NCBI GenBank assembly: GCA_002269645.1
Contig: NIVC01003176.1
Span: 1-64,000 of the forward strand
Reading direction: 5' to 3'
DNA length: 64,000 nucleotides
Source of the DNA: Macrostomum lignano
Taxonomy: Eukaryota
Position numbers and translations under genes: made by a program. The notes beneath the pieces were generated by a model that saw nothing but the letters and a program-made list of their open reading frames with translations, was not told the origin of the DNA and searched no databases. Positions 1 through 13,900 of the stretch are shown one piece after another; position 1 is the stretch's first letter; every line of letters begins with the position of its first letter.

Positions 1-2537
1 CTATCGTTGAAAATTGTTGAACTAGCGCGCTTAAGCATAGCACAGCTAGCCATTGTACTGTTAGTAGCTTGAATGATTTGTTGTTCTTATTAGTTTCTGA
101 GCCTATTGGCAGCGACATTTTGTATTGGTGTTTTTAAAAAATTGAAACTATTTGATTTCGAGTCACACAATGTCTGGTTTCTTCTGCACGGTCAGAGCTG
201 TCCTGTGAATGAAATACTACAGCTAGGAAGGCATGGTTTCGGCCGGTATTTATACAAAAATTTTGCCGCTTCCGCGATCAAAGAGGATGCTGGAAGGCTA
301 AGATGGGGTTGGTCCCGTCTTCTGCCAATCTAAACAGCGCTCTACTCGTATAGTCAGTAGTAGGACTTGGCCAGCCAACCACAAGGAGTGGTTTTCCGTC
401 TTAGAGTTTAGTATTATTAAGAAGAAGAAATCGGCGGCGGCTTCCTTTCAAGTGTCGGCTAGTCTATTTTTATCTATTCTCTTCGTCTGTTATTGTGCCT
501 TATTCAAAGACCGCTACGTCGGGACACCTGGATTTTTCTAGGAAATGTTTTGTAGTCATAACGACGGGTTATAATTTGGAAATAGAAGCAAACCAATGTT
601 GCAAATCAAACTACCCAATAGTTTTAAGTTATATGCACTGCTTCTTTGCATACAAACATAGTAGAAGCATGTGTTATATCACAATGAAATCTTTAATTCT
701 GATTTATAACATTACCCTAAACCTTTACTTCTTGTGTCAAGCAAGCAAAAAAGAAGATGCCAGGAAAGACTCGTTAATATTTTCGACGCAAAAATGCAAC
801 ACTACGGAGCGTCCTGTCAAGTTTCTGTTTTTAATCATTTAGTAGAAAATGGAATTTTATACACCTGCGGCCAAATTAATGTGACACAAACAGACTTAGG
901 AGTCCTGGGTTTGGCAGAGATGATTATTCGCAGCCTAAAGTCTCTGTGCCAATTGCAAATTGGATTGCCAACAAAAACAAAGAATGAGCACATTCTAGTG
1001 ATCTTTGTTCTGAAACAGGTCTCTACGAGTGAATCACGCGGTCTCTCTGTCAGTCCAATTCAGTATTTTCTCTCACAGTTCCGCTCTGACGCAATCTATA
1101 AACATCTTTGTGGGTGGAGAAAAAAAGAAAAAGAATTAAATTTTCTGTCAGAGGCAGGTCTGATCAGAAGAAATAAATGCATATAGTTAGTTTGAAAAAG
1201 GTGGTGCATTTTATGCTTGGAATTCGTCTTTTGCAAACATTCAATGATGGACTGACTGCGAGACTGAAGCCAGGCCGAAATCGTTTGCTTTTAACCATTT
1301 CTGCGCGCTCTATGGGCAACCCCCGTTTTTCCCATTGCCTATTTCTGGCTTTGCGCTGCCGAAACATCAAAGGATGCCGCCATCTCTCTTCATATTGGGA
1401 GGCCGACCTCGCCCAAAAGCTGCTACCCGCCCCTCGACCCGGCACAGCGGGTGGTTTCGGCAGCCCCTTCGGCCACTGCTGTCTGTAGCAGATTGCTGGC
1501 CCTGGCGGCAGTCTTTGATGCTAAAAAGGCGCGTAGAGGTGGTGGGGCACGGAGGCTTGTGTGTATTTTTTGGCGAAAGCTGTGGTTAAAGGCTCGTCTC
1601 CCCTCTAAGTCTAGGGTTAATCTCTTCATCCTACCTGCCCCACCCCCTCATCCTTGATAAACACTTCTCAGTCCGTGGGACGAGACAAGCTACCGTTGTG
1701 GGGGGGGGGGTAGTCTTGGATAGAATGATGTCTTCTTTCTTCTAAAAGCTGCCGCCGCCACCGCAACCTATTGGGAAGTTTAGAAAGTTAGAGATGGGAC
1801 CGCGCGGTGTCTTGTTTGAGGAATCCCTAATCCTTCTTGCTGATGCCTGTCTAGGCCTGTCCGTCTGTCTGTCTGGTCTGCAACTTTTCTCTTTAAAAAA
1901 AATAAACCGTTGCCCGACTCACGGCTCATAATTGATTTCATTATGCAGTTCGTTTTAGTACTGCGGTCCGTAGTTGTGCCGTTTTTGGCTATTTCTGCCC
2001 GTCCTGGCGGCACTGTTTGATCTTTCATCCGCCCAGGCCTGACGTTGCCGATCAAACGAAATGATGAGAAAAAACTTGTGCTAATGCGGCTTTAGTCAGC
2101 TTCGCGGCCTAGTTACTAATTCGCTATTTTCACCAGAGTGAAAAAAAGAGAAAATGTGTGACAGGCATAGGAGAAGAGAGGCTTTAAACAGGCCCGATTC
2201 TTGGCGATCAAAGTCGGCAAAATCGGAATTTTTATTTGCCATTTTTTTCTCTTCCTTTATCTGTTTCTGAATTCTAGTCTACTTGTAGTTGCGCTAATCG
2301 CATTTTTCTCGCCCATACCGAACTGTTCGATCAATCCTAGTAGAAAAAAGTTGTTCAAATCGAATCGGCCGTCAGTAAGACTGACTAAACAGTGCCTATT
2401 CTTGGAGTCGATTAAATTAAAAATTGCTATTGAAAATGCCAAAAGATTCATCTAGTAAAAAGTTGCTATAAAATCTTTTGTTACTGCATAATTTAACTTG
2501 AATGAAACAAAACATGTGACATATGGCCGAAACGGTT

Positions 2538-3615
2538 GCTACACATTAACAACACAAATGACAACCTATTAGCTACCCGTATATCATTTTTGTTCCCAAA
2601 GCTACACATTAACAACACAAATGACAACCTATTAGCTACCCGTATATCATTTTTGTTCCCAAAGCTACACATTAACAACACAAATGACAACCTATTAGCT
2701 ACCCGTATATCATTTTTGTTCCCAAAGCTACACATTAACAACACAAATGACAACCTATTAGCTACCCGTATATCATTTTTGTTCCCAAAGCTACACATTA
2801 ACAACACAGCTGACAACCTATTAGCTACCCGTATATCATTTTTGTTCCCAAAGCTACACATTAACAACACAGCTGACAACCTATTAGCTACCCGTATATC
2901 ATTTTTGTTCCCAAAGCTACACATTAACAACACAAATGACAACCTATTAGCTACCCGTATATCATTTTTGTTCCCAAAGCTACACATTAACAACACAGCT
3001 GACAACCTATTAGCTACCCGTATATCATTTTTGTTCCCAAAGCTACACATTAACAACACAAATGACAACCTATTAGCTACCCGTATATCATTTTTGTTCC
3101 CAAAGCTACACATTAACAACACAGCTGACAACCTATTAGCTACCCGTAGAGCATTTGTTATCCCAAAGCTACACATTAACAACACAAATGACAACCTATT
3201 AGCTACCCGTAGAGCATTTGTCAACCAAAGCTACACATTAACAACACAGCTGACAACCTATTAGCTACCCGTAGAGCATTTGTCATCGCAAAGCTACACA
3301 TTAACAACACAGCTGACAACCTATTAGCTACCCGTAGAGCATTTGTCATCGCAAAGCTACACATTAACAACACAGCTGACAACCTATTAGCTACCCGTAG
3401 AGCATTTGTCATCGCAAAGCTACACATTAACAACACAGCTGACAACCTATTAGCTACCCGTAGAGCATTTGTCAACCAAAGCTACACATTAACAACACAG
3501 CTGACAACCTATTAGCTACCCGTAGAGCATTTGTCAACCAAAGCTACACATTAACAACACAGCTGACAACCTATTAGCTACCCGTAGAGCATTTGTCATC
3601 CCAAAGCTACACATT
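2538..3615. repeat. 63-bp tandem repeat, ~17 copies
   Basis: Unit CCAAAGCTACACATTAACAACAC(AAA/AGC)TGACAACCTATTAGCTACCCGTATATCATTTTTGTTC. It explains the 21-aa periodic ORFs 2536..3264 (+) and 2493..3224 (-). Confidence 0.97.
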
Positions 3616-3974
3616 GGCCAGGCCAGACAAGTAGAATTATGCCACCTATTTGCAACGAAAGTATCTAAGACTTATAAGTCTCTTATGTAATAACTCTTAC
3701 TATTATAATTAGCCAATAGCACTTAAACCTACCAAAAAGTAAAAACAAACAAATATCGCCGATATCACGCCAAGCATAAAATACGAGTGTATTAAATATA
3801 AAAACCTTTAAACTTTTAAAGGTTATTAAAAGCAATAATTCTAATGCATAATATTCATGCTGTTGTTGGCCTGTTACGTTTATTTCGTTAAAGCAACACC
3901 GCACTCGTGGCAGTCCAAAGAACTGTGACGGTCTGTCTGATTTGGTGCGCAAAAATACTATAAAAATTATTGCC

Positions 3975-6900
3975 ATGCAGCAACAACAACAAAACGAACT
4001 CAGCCACAATACTGCAACATCGTCTTCGCAAACAATAAACGATCCAACATCTAATATTGCTACAAACCAATCGTCCAGCAATACTAACAATAGTAACAAT
4101 ACTATCGCTTCCTCGTCGGCGGAGCCGACCGTGGTCGATCTCGACGCCGGCGCGCCGGACGTCGAAGACGACGACGACGATGATAATGAGAAAATAATTG
4201 AGAAAAGTCCGAGTGAACGATTCCAGAAACGGAACATACGCCAGCCAGTGACCATTGTTGGCGTTGATTCCACTTATCTGTCTATTGATCCAAGGTTGGC
4301 AGGGAGGTGCTCTGGAACGAGGTGCTGATTGGCAGCGATCAGGGCAAAGCTGTTGCCGAGTTGGAGGTAATTTCACTTTGATATCGATTTGGTTTATCGA
4401 TGTCGACATTAATTATTTTGATGCTTTAGATTAGACAATCGTTAGCTCAGGATTAGGGATATTTGTAACTGGCATATCGATGTAGTATCGATATTTAAGC
4501 ATTAAAATTGATAACCTAAAATTAATACTGATAACTACTCATTATTCTCGGTAATTAGGAGTTAATATCGATAACTAGGCATTAGTATCGATAACTAGGA
4601 ATTATTACCAATAACTAACGGTTAGTATCGATAGCGCTAGGGATTATTATCGAAAACTAGGGAGTAAATATCGATAACGCGTTAGTTTTGATAACCAGGA
4701 TCAACATCGATAACTGGGGCTTGATATCGATAACTAGAGATTAATATCGATAACTGGGTCGTTTATATCGATAAATGAGGGTAATGTTGTTAACCAGGGA
4801 TTAATATTGATACCTAGGGATTAATATCGATAACCAGGGATTAATATCTGATAACTAGGGATTGATAACTGGGGATTTGGAAAGTCGGAAGACTTGGGAT
4901 TAGGGTATCAATAACCGGAGAGTTTTAGTGTTAACAACAATCGCCCCCCCTCCCTAATCAAGTCGCTTTTCCGCAAACTGAGGCGCATTAATCATCCGTC
5001 GATGGTTCGAATCCTGGACAACTGGACAGTGCAGTTAGAAGATGGCCAATCAAAATTCGTATTCGTCACCGAAAGAACGGAGGAAGGCTCGCTTAAACAG
5101 TACCTAAGCAACTCCAAGATTAACAGTGTCATGTGGAGAAAGTACACCGGCATCCTGCTGTCCGTTATTAAGTGAGTGGTTTCTTCATTCATTTTTGTGG
5201 GCATTAGCTTGACCTGATTTCATGACCTTGAAGTGACCTTACCGGTACTTTCCTTTACTTGCCTTTAATGCGACCTTGAAAGGGGAAAAGTAACAATAGG
5301 TTGACAGAAATATTGACCTAATTAACTTGACCTTTGACCTTTTTTGTGTGCTTGACCTTAAATTGACCCTCTGTTCTTGACCTTGAAGTGACCTTTTGCC
5401 TGCTGGACCTTCAAATGACCTTTTGTTTTGTTGACTCTGCTAGTGTTTTTTACTTAAGCAAATAGTTGTTATAGCCTTTTTCTTAACTGTCTCCGATAAT
5501 TCCCAAACGACCAACACCTGAAGGTTCCTATCAGACGCCGGCATAGTGCACGGCAACTTGAGCAGCGAATCGATTCATTATCACACTAGCGGTACACTTA
5601 AAGTCGGCTGCTTCGCTATTAGCCAGTGCCTCGGATCGTCTAGACAGAGGTTGACGGACTACTCCAGGGTGCCGCAGAGCGTCGCTTACCTGGCGCCGGA
5701 ATGTCGCCAATCCGTTGCCGCTTCAGCCGAAAATGTTGCAGATTCTGCTACAGCGGAAGCAGCAACGCCGCCTTCAGGTCCGATGGTTCGAGTTAACCTA
5801 GCCAGCGACATCTACGCGGTCGGCCTGCTGTCACTGGAGATTCTTACCTGGGACGCTAAAGACTCGGCTAACTCGAACGAATCGGCAACTAGTCAGCAGC
5901 AGAAGCAGCAACAGGAGCAGCAACAACAACAGCAGCAGCAGCAACAACAAGAAGAGCAGCAGCAGATTTCTCGCGACCATCGCATCGAAACGATGCTAGC
6001 GAGAGTTTCCGACAGTGTCATGCGCGACTTTTTCATTGGCTGCTTAGAAGCCGATCCTAGCCGGCGGCTGTCTCTGGCTGAGCTGTACCAGCACCGGGCT
6101 CTGCTGGAGGTGCCGTCTCTTGTCATTCTGTGCGGCACTGCTCTGGTGTCCTTTAGTGAGTGTCTTTTGTTTGATTTGCGCTTTGGTTGTTGTTACATTA
6201 GAGTAGACTTGGATTATTAGTTCTAAGCTAATAGTTATTAGTTATTATCGGAATTAAATTGGTTTATTTTAATAGATCGTTTTAATTAGGTGATCCGATA
6301 ATTCTCATTAGGTGATTAGATAACTCTCATTAGGTCATTAGATAGTTCTCATTAGGTGATTAGATAACTCTCATTAGGTCATTAGATAGTTCTCATTAGG
6401 TGATTCGATTATTCTCATTAGGTGATTATATTATTCACATTAAGTCATTGAATTATTCTCATTAGGTGATTAGATAACTCTCATTAGGTGATTAGACAAT
6501 TCTCATTAGGTGATTAGATGATTCTCATTAGGTGATTCGATAATTCTCATTAGGTGATTATTAGATTTTTCACATTAGGTGATTAGATTTTTCACATTAG
6601 GTGATTAGATAATTCTCATTAGGTGATTCGATAATTCTCATCAGGTGATTATTAGATTTTTCACATTAGGTGATTAGATTTTTCACATTAGGTGATTAGA
6701 TAATTCCCATTAGGTGATTAGATTATTAGCATTAGATGATTAGATTATTCTCATCAAGTAATTGAAATGTTCTCATTAGATAATTAGATAATTCCCATTA
6801 GGTGATTAGAATATTCTTATTAGATAATTATATAATTCTTATTAGATAATTAAATCACCCTGATTGTGTAATTAGATCATTCTCATTAGAAAATCAATCG

Positions 6901-7953
6901 CATCAGTTGTTAAGATAATTTTAATTACCAGAGCACTTATTTTCTCCAAAATTGGACAATTGCAGTTCCGGCCGAGAGGCGCGGAGACAACAGCCGCTTA
7001 CAGGAGCTAGTAGACCATTTCAATGACAAATTTGACAATGACACGGTGATCTGCAAAATGACTAAGGACGGCATTGAGAGAACTCGCTACGTTAAAGAGA
7101 TGACTCATTCTCTGTCTATGACTGTTCGCTTTCTTGAAGACATCAGGTATGCCTTTGAAACATATAGAATAGTTTCGATAACTTTTCACAGATTCGAACT
7201 CAGTAGCGCAGCTTAAAAAGTGCATCGGGCTCTTAACTTCCATGCCAGTGATGTTTTACTAGGAGTGTCAAGCTCAGGACGCGGGCTTACTGCCAAAGCC
7301 CTATTAAAGCTTGGGGCTCGAACTTGGGACCTTTACCAAAACTCAAACTCAGATCTTTACCGACACTAAAATTCGGGTCGGAAGTTTTACTGGGCTTGAT
7401 CTTAGGAGATTTACCAGACTCGAACTCGGGACCTATACCGGGTTCGAACGCGGGACCTATACCTAACTCAAAGTCGGGGAGCTATGCCAGGCTTGAACTA
7501 GGGATCTATGCCAAACTCAAAGTCGGGGAGATCGGGGAGCTTATGATTAATAAGCTCTTAATAGGCTCGAACTTGGCACCTATACCGGGCTCGAACTCGG
7601 CACCTATACCGGGCTCGAACTCGGCACCTAATGTATACCGGGCTCGAACTCGGCACCTAATGTATACCGGGCTCGAACTCAGGACCTATATTAGGCTCGA
7701 AATCGCGACCTATACCGGACTCGAACTCGGGACCTATAGCAGACTCAAACTCGGGACCTATAGTCTCAGGACCTTTACCGGAATCGAACTCGGGACCTAT
7801 ACCGGACTCGAACTCGGGACCTAAAGCAAACTCGAACTGCCAAACCGCAGGTACGGCTTCTATCCAATATTCGGCATCGCTCGATCTAAGTCAAGCCACG
7901 GCGGCTCGGCGGGCCCCAACGCCAGCGTTAGTCGAACACCTTCGCAGAAGAGA

Positions 7954-7985
<32 letters not shown>

Positions 7986-10900
7986 ACAACAGCAACAATC
8001 ATTAGCTAGTTCGCTATCCTCTTCACAGAATTCGCAGATTCTGCAAAACTTAGCAGCCTCTTCTACTAACAGTAGTACTGGTTCAACAGCTACTTTACCG
8101 GCTAATTCTGACGTACAATCATTGAAACCGGCATCTGTTGCAGATTCTGCCAGCGAAAGAAGCTCGCCAATTATATTAGAAACTGCTTCTGTGTCTAATA
8201 ATCTGACTACTGCTGCAAGTAGTATTAGTAGTAGTAGTATCGGCAATGAGCCACCTGCAATTGCTGTCTCAGTTTCTTCTGCTCTTAATAGTGCTACTGT
8301 ATCTGCATCAGTGTCAGGCACCGCTAAGCTGTCTACAGTGGCACCTGTGTCATCGGCTGCTGGCCTGACTGACTCCGGGTTTGATAACAAAGGCGCTCCG
8401 ATGATGGAACAGAACCACTCGGTAGCGACTTTAACTACAACTACTACTACTACCGCTGTATCGGCACCCGGCAGTGCTAGTTCTGTCCAACTATCTGATG
8501 CGGTTTCCAATGTGTCCACTGGTTTGCTTGCTGGGGACACTTGTGTAAGTGTGCTGTGTTTTTAATTGAGAATTGTCCTATAATATTCATGAGATTTGTC
8601 CTATAATCTCCATGAGATTTGTCCTATAATCTCTATGAGATTTGTCCTATAATCTCCATGAACTTTGTTTTATAATCTCCATGAGATTTGTCCTTGAATC
8701 TTCATGAGATTTGTTCTATAATCTCTATGAGATTTGTCCTATAATCTCTATGAGATTTGTCCTATAATCTCTATGAGATTTGTTCTATAATCTCTATGAG
8801 ATTTGTCCTATAATCTCTATGAGATTTGTCCTATAATCTCCATGAACTTTGTTTTATAATCTCCATGAAATTTGTTTTATAATCTCCATGAGATTTGTCC
8901 TATAGTCTCTATGAGATTTGTCCTATAATCTTCATGAGATTTGTCCTATAATATATGAGATTTGTTCTATAATCTCCATGAGAATTTTCCTATGATCTCT
9001 ATGAGATTTGTCCTATAATCTCCATGAGAATTTTCCTATGATCTCTATGAGATTTGTCCTATAATCTCCATGAGATTTGTTCTATAATCTCCATGAGAAT
9101 TTTCCTATAAAATCTATTAGATCTCTGAGAATCGCGCTGTAATCTCTGAGAATCGCCCTGTAATCTCTGAGAATCGCCCTGTAATCTCTGAGAATCGCCC
9201 TGTAATCTCTGAGAATCGCCCTGTAATCTCTATGAGAATCGCCTAACACTCAGTCTCGAACCTGGGATTCATAGGTCTCCCCCAATGGCGCATCAGCTGT
9301 TAACAATGGTTCCGAGTCGACTCTGAATACCCCAGATGAAGCTGCTCAGCAGCAGCAGGAGCCAACGAAGCTGGACTTATTCGGCGATTACGACGATGAA
9401 GAGGACAGCATCCTAGTTGTTGACAACGAGAATCACGAGCCGCCCACTAAACAGATCACTAGCCGAGCGCAGTTCATAGACGTTTACATCATCTACATCG
9501 GTTTAGGCAGGTGGGACGTGCACGTTCGACTGTGGTTTGGCAAAGAGAACATAATGAGAAATGCGCATTGTCAATTTGTCGAGTCCGAGTATAGCGACTT
9601 GGATTATTTGACCACTTTTATGATTGACGAGGTGAGTTGAAACGTTGTAGGCTGATTTCTTTAAGTTACTGTGTTTTGCCTAGAACTCAAGATAACTATT
9701 TAAACAATCTTAACATCCTTCAAACAGATGTGAAAATGGAAATCCTCATTCTAAAATCCCTAGAAAGAAAGATCCCCAGATCCCCACTCCGTAATTCCCA
9801 ATATTCCAATTCAAAACTCCCAAGATCCTCATTGACAATGAGGTCCCTATTTAAAAGCCTCAAAATCCCCATTTAAAAGTCCTAATGTCCCCATTTATAC
9901 GCTCGTAAGTCCCAAGATCCCCATTTTAAAACCTCAATATCCCACTCCAAAATTCCCAAGATCCCTATCCAAATAATCCCAAAACGCCCACTCCAAATCT
10001 CAAGATACCCACTCCATAAATCCCAAGCTCCCCATTCAAAAATTAAAAAATCTTCATAGAAATCCCAATATAAAAATCACTAAGTTCACATTTCATGATC
10101 CCAAGTCCATATAAAGAACCCCAATACCTCTAGTCTGGTTGAAATTAGTCGAAGCAAAAAATTAGGTTCAAGCCTGTGTTGGGAGTTTGTTAAATCTCAA
10201 AGTATCCATTGCACTTTTTTGTTTTTTGCAGCGTATATTTTGTTATTTTGTCTCGCTTTATAATTTAATTATATTTATTTTTAGTCATTACTCAACTGTT
10301 CTTGCGCTTAATTTCATTGATTTCACTTGACTGCGTAAGTGCACTGAATTGTTTTGTTTTGTTTTATTTTCATTTCTCTGCTGGTTGCCTTTAACTCTCG
10401 TGTCATATTCATCTGAGGTGCTGCAGTTTGTCGGGGATGTTTTGGGATATTCATAAATATTTGGCTTGCTTTAGTATCCTATGTATTCAATGTTTAATCG
10501 CTATTGCTATAATTGTAAGGGTCTAAAATTTGTTCCCTATAAACCATGAAAACATCTTTTGACCCAGCAGCTGTTCTGCGTGTGGCCTTTGACCCAATAA
10601 AAATTCTTCTCTTGCTTATCCTATTGCGCTGACCCACTGAGTAGTAGTATCTTGACCCATTGTCATGACCCACTGAATGGTATCTTGACCCATTGCCATG
10701 ACCCACTGAATACTATCTTGACCCATTGTCATGTCCATCTGAATAGTATCTTGACTTATATTGTTATGACCCACTGATTAGTATCTTGACTCATATTGTT
10801 ATGACCCACTGATTAGTATCTTGACTCATTGTTATGACCCACTGAATAGTATCTTGACTCATTGTTATGACCCACTGAATAGTATCTTGACCCATTGTTA

Positions 10901-13900
10901 TAACCCACTGAATAGCATCTTGACCCATTGTTATGTCCCTCTGCATAGTATCTTGACCCATTGTTATGTCCCTCTGAATAGTACCTTTACCCGCTATCAT
11001 TACTTATTAAGGAGTCATTACCTGGCCCATGAATTAAATAGTTTCATCGAAAGCTGTCATCGAATCTTAGTAGAGTATAATCATCCAAGTTCCATGGTCA
11101 GTTGTACTTTACCTCGCTCCCCCGTTCTGCCGAATGATTCCGCAGGTGTCCGTGTGCAGTCCGGAAGATCGTGCCGAGCTGCACCGTCGCCTGGCCCTGG
11201 CCTACGCCGGCCACCCGACCGTATTCGGTTACATTCAGCGCTACCGTCAGCTGTGCCGCAAGATGGGCTGGCCTGAGCCGCACAAAGACTACGAATCTGC
11301 CGTGCAGCGCGCTATTAGTCGCAGTCTGGCTACGGACGGCGGCAGCGGCAGCGGCGGAGGCCACAACGATGATCCTGCACCGGCTACAGAGCAAACGACA
11401 ACCACCGCAGCGACTTCGTCGGTAGCCGCGTCCGCCGTGACAATCGCTAATAGTACATCCGGAGCCGCTGCTCATTTGCAACAGCAGGCTGTTGTGGCTG
11501 GAATTGGTTGGTGTTGCCTGATGAAGACTCTGGATAGTTAGTTTGCACTTTTGAAACTCTTAACAGCGAGTTTGTACTTTAGGAGCCCTAGATGGTGTCA
11601 TTTTGTGTCATTTTGTACTTTTGAAACTCTAGACAGCCAGTTTGTACTTTAGGAGCCCTAGATGGTGTCATTTTGTACTTCTGAAACTCTAGACAGCCAG
11701 TTTGTACTTTAGGAGCCCTAGATGGTGTCATTTTGTAGTTTTGAAACTCTAGACAGCCAGTTTGTACTTTAGGAGCCCTAGATGATGTCATTTTGTACTT
11801 TTGAAACTCTAAACAGCCAGTTTGTACTTTAGGAGCCCTAGATAGTGTCATTTTGTACTTTTGAAACTCTAGACAGCCAGTGAGGGCTCTAAATAATCCG
11901 TATTTTATTGTACCCCTACCCGGTAAAAGTAAGGCCATTGAATGGTCAGTTTTTACTTTAGGAACCCTAGATTGTAGCTTTGTACTTTTGGAACCATATT
12001 TCTTAAAAGTACTTTAGGGTTGTACTTTAGGACCCTACACGTGGTTTGATTGTAGTTTTAGGGACCATAGATACTAAAAATGAATGTTCTCAACCCTCGC
12101 TGTAAACCAGGTGGCGGCGGCGGCGGCGGCTGGGAGTTGGATCCCAACGTGCTTAACGAGAAGCTGCTCCTGCTCAGAGAGACCGCCGTGGCAGCCGCAG
12201 CCGCCGCACAGAAGTCTCCAACTAAAGAAGAGTTGCCAATTCTTGAAGCTGTCGATAGAGCTGACACCGCGGATAGCGAACCAGCCGCACTAGGAGCACC
12301 AGAAGCAGAAGACAAAGCGGGCACAAAAGCGACGGAAGAGACTGCAACCGACGATGCGGCACTGCTGCCGTGCATCACCGACAATCACAGCTGCCAGCTG
12401 ATGGTGAGGCTATTAAACTCGAGTGTCTCCCTGTTAGACTCGAGTATCTGCCTGTTAGACTCGAGTATCTCCCTGTTAGACTCGAGTATCTCTGTTAGAC
12501 TCGAGTGTCTCCCTGTCAGCCTGGAGTATCTCCCTGTTAGACTCGAGTGTCTCCCTGTTAGACTCGAGTATCTCCCTGTTAGACTCGAATGTCTCCCTGT
12601 CAGCCTGGAGTATCTCCCTGTTAGACTGAAGTATCTCCCTGTCAGACTGGAGTATCTCCCTGTTAGACTGGAGTATCTCCCTATCACACTCGAGTATCTC
12701 CCTGTCCGACTGGAGTATCTCCCTGTCACACTGGAGTATCTCCCTGTCCGACTGGAGTATCTCCCTGTCAGACTGGAGTATCTCCCTGTCCGACTGGAGT
12801 ATCTCCCTGTCAGACTAGAGTATCTCCCTGTCAGACTGGAGTATCTCCCTGTCACACTGGAGTATCGCAAATCGCCCTATCGCAGGCGGTCCAGCCGGAG
12901 AGCTCAGCAGCCGTGGACTGGGAGACAGACCGGCATGAGTTGCAGCAGCTCAAAGATCGCCTGTTCGATTTGGCGGCCGCCAGAGAGCGGGAAAGATTTC
13001 GCAAATATCCGCAGGATTTTTATCCCGGAGCTGGCGGCCAGGCGCAGCAGCAGCTCCATCAGCAGCAGCAACAGCATTCGCACAGTCAGCTGATGAGGCA
13101 GCAGCGAAGCAGACGGAAGCAGCGATCTCGAGCTGACAGCGAACCGCCTGAGGCTGCCGACTTCACTGGAGCGGCCGCTGCTACGGCTGAAGCGCCGCCG
13201 CCTGCGGCAAACAACGAGGTCGCTGGTCGATTGACCACAGCGGCAGCTGCGTCGGAGTCCACGGACGAGCGTCGTTCCGCGTCATCGGATAGGGGGGTGA
13301 GTTTTTTTGTCGTTTTGATGGAATTTTCCATTTCTCTTGGTTTTGGGGTCAGTGGAATTTTCCAATTCTCTTGGCTTTGGGGTCAGTGGAATTTTCCAAT
13401 TCTCTGGGTTTTGAGGTCAGTGGAATTTTCCAATTCTCTGGGTTTTAAGGTCAGTGGAATTTTCCAATTCTCTGGTTTTGAGGTCAGTGGAATTTTCCAT
13501 TTCTCTGAGTTTTGAGGTCAGTGGAATTTTCCAATTCTCTGGGTTTTAAGGTCAGTGGAATTTTCCAATTCTCTGGTTTTGAGGTCAGTGGAATTTTCCA
13601 TTTCTCTGGGTTTTGAGGTCAGTGGAATTTTCCAATTCTCTGGGTTTTAAGGTCAGTGGAATTTTCCAATTCTCTGGGTTTTGAGGTCAGTGGAATTTTC
13701 CAATTCTCTGGGTTTTAAGGTCAGTGGAATTTTCCAATTCTCTGGGTTTTGAGGTCAGTGGAATTTTCCAATTCTCTGGGTTTTAAGGTCAGTGGAATTT
13801 TCCAATTCTCTGGGTTTTGAGGTCAGTGGAATTTTCCAATTCTCTGGGTTTTAAGGTCAGTGGAATTTTCCAATTCTCTTGGCTTTGGGGTCAGTGGAAT

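Noticed and set aside
100-2460. Several 60-150 aa ORFs on both strands; faint RCC1-like (GILYTCGQ) and endonuclease-like words
   Set aside because: No consistent motif order, spacing or splice structure. Probably decayed TE or intergenic DNA, but I cannot assign it.
2493-3475. 242-243 aa ORFs on both strands
   Set aside because: Products of a stop-free 63-bp tandem repeat.
12080-13093. 337-aa ORF reading through NRBP intron 8
   Set aside because: The middle is a 21-bp repeat; the 482-nt intron has good GT-AG ends and splicing restores the frame.
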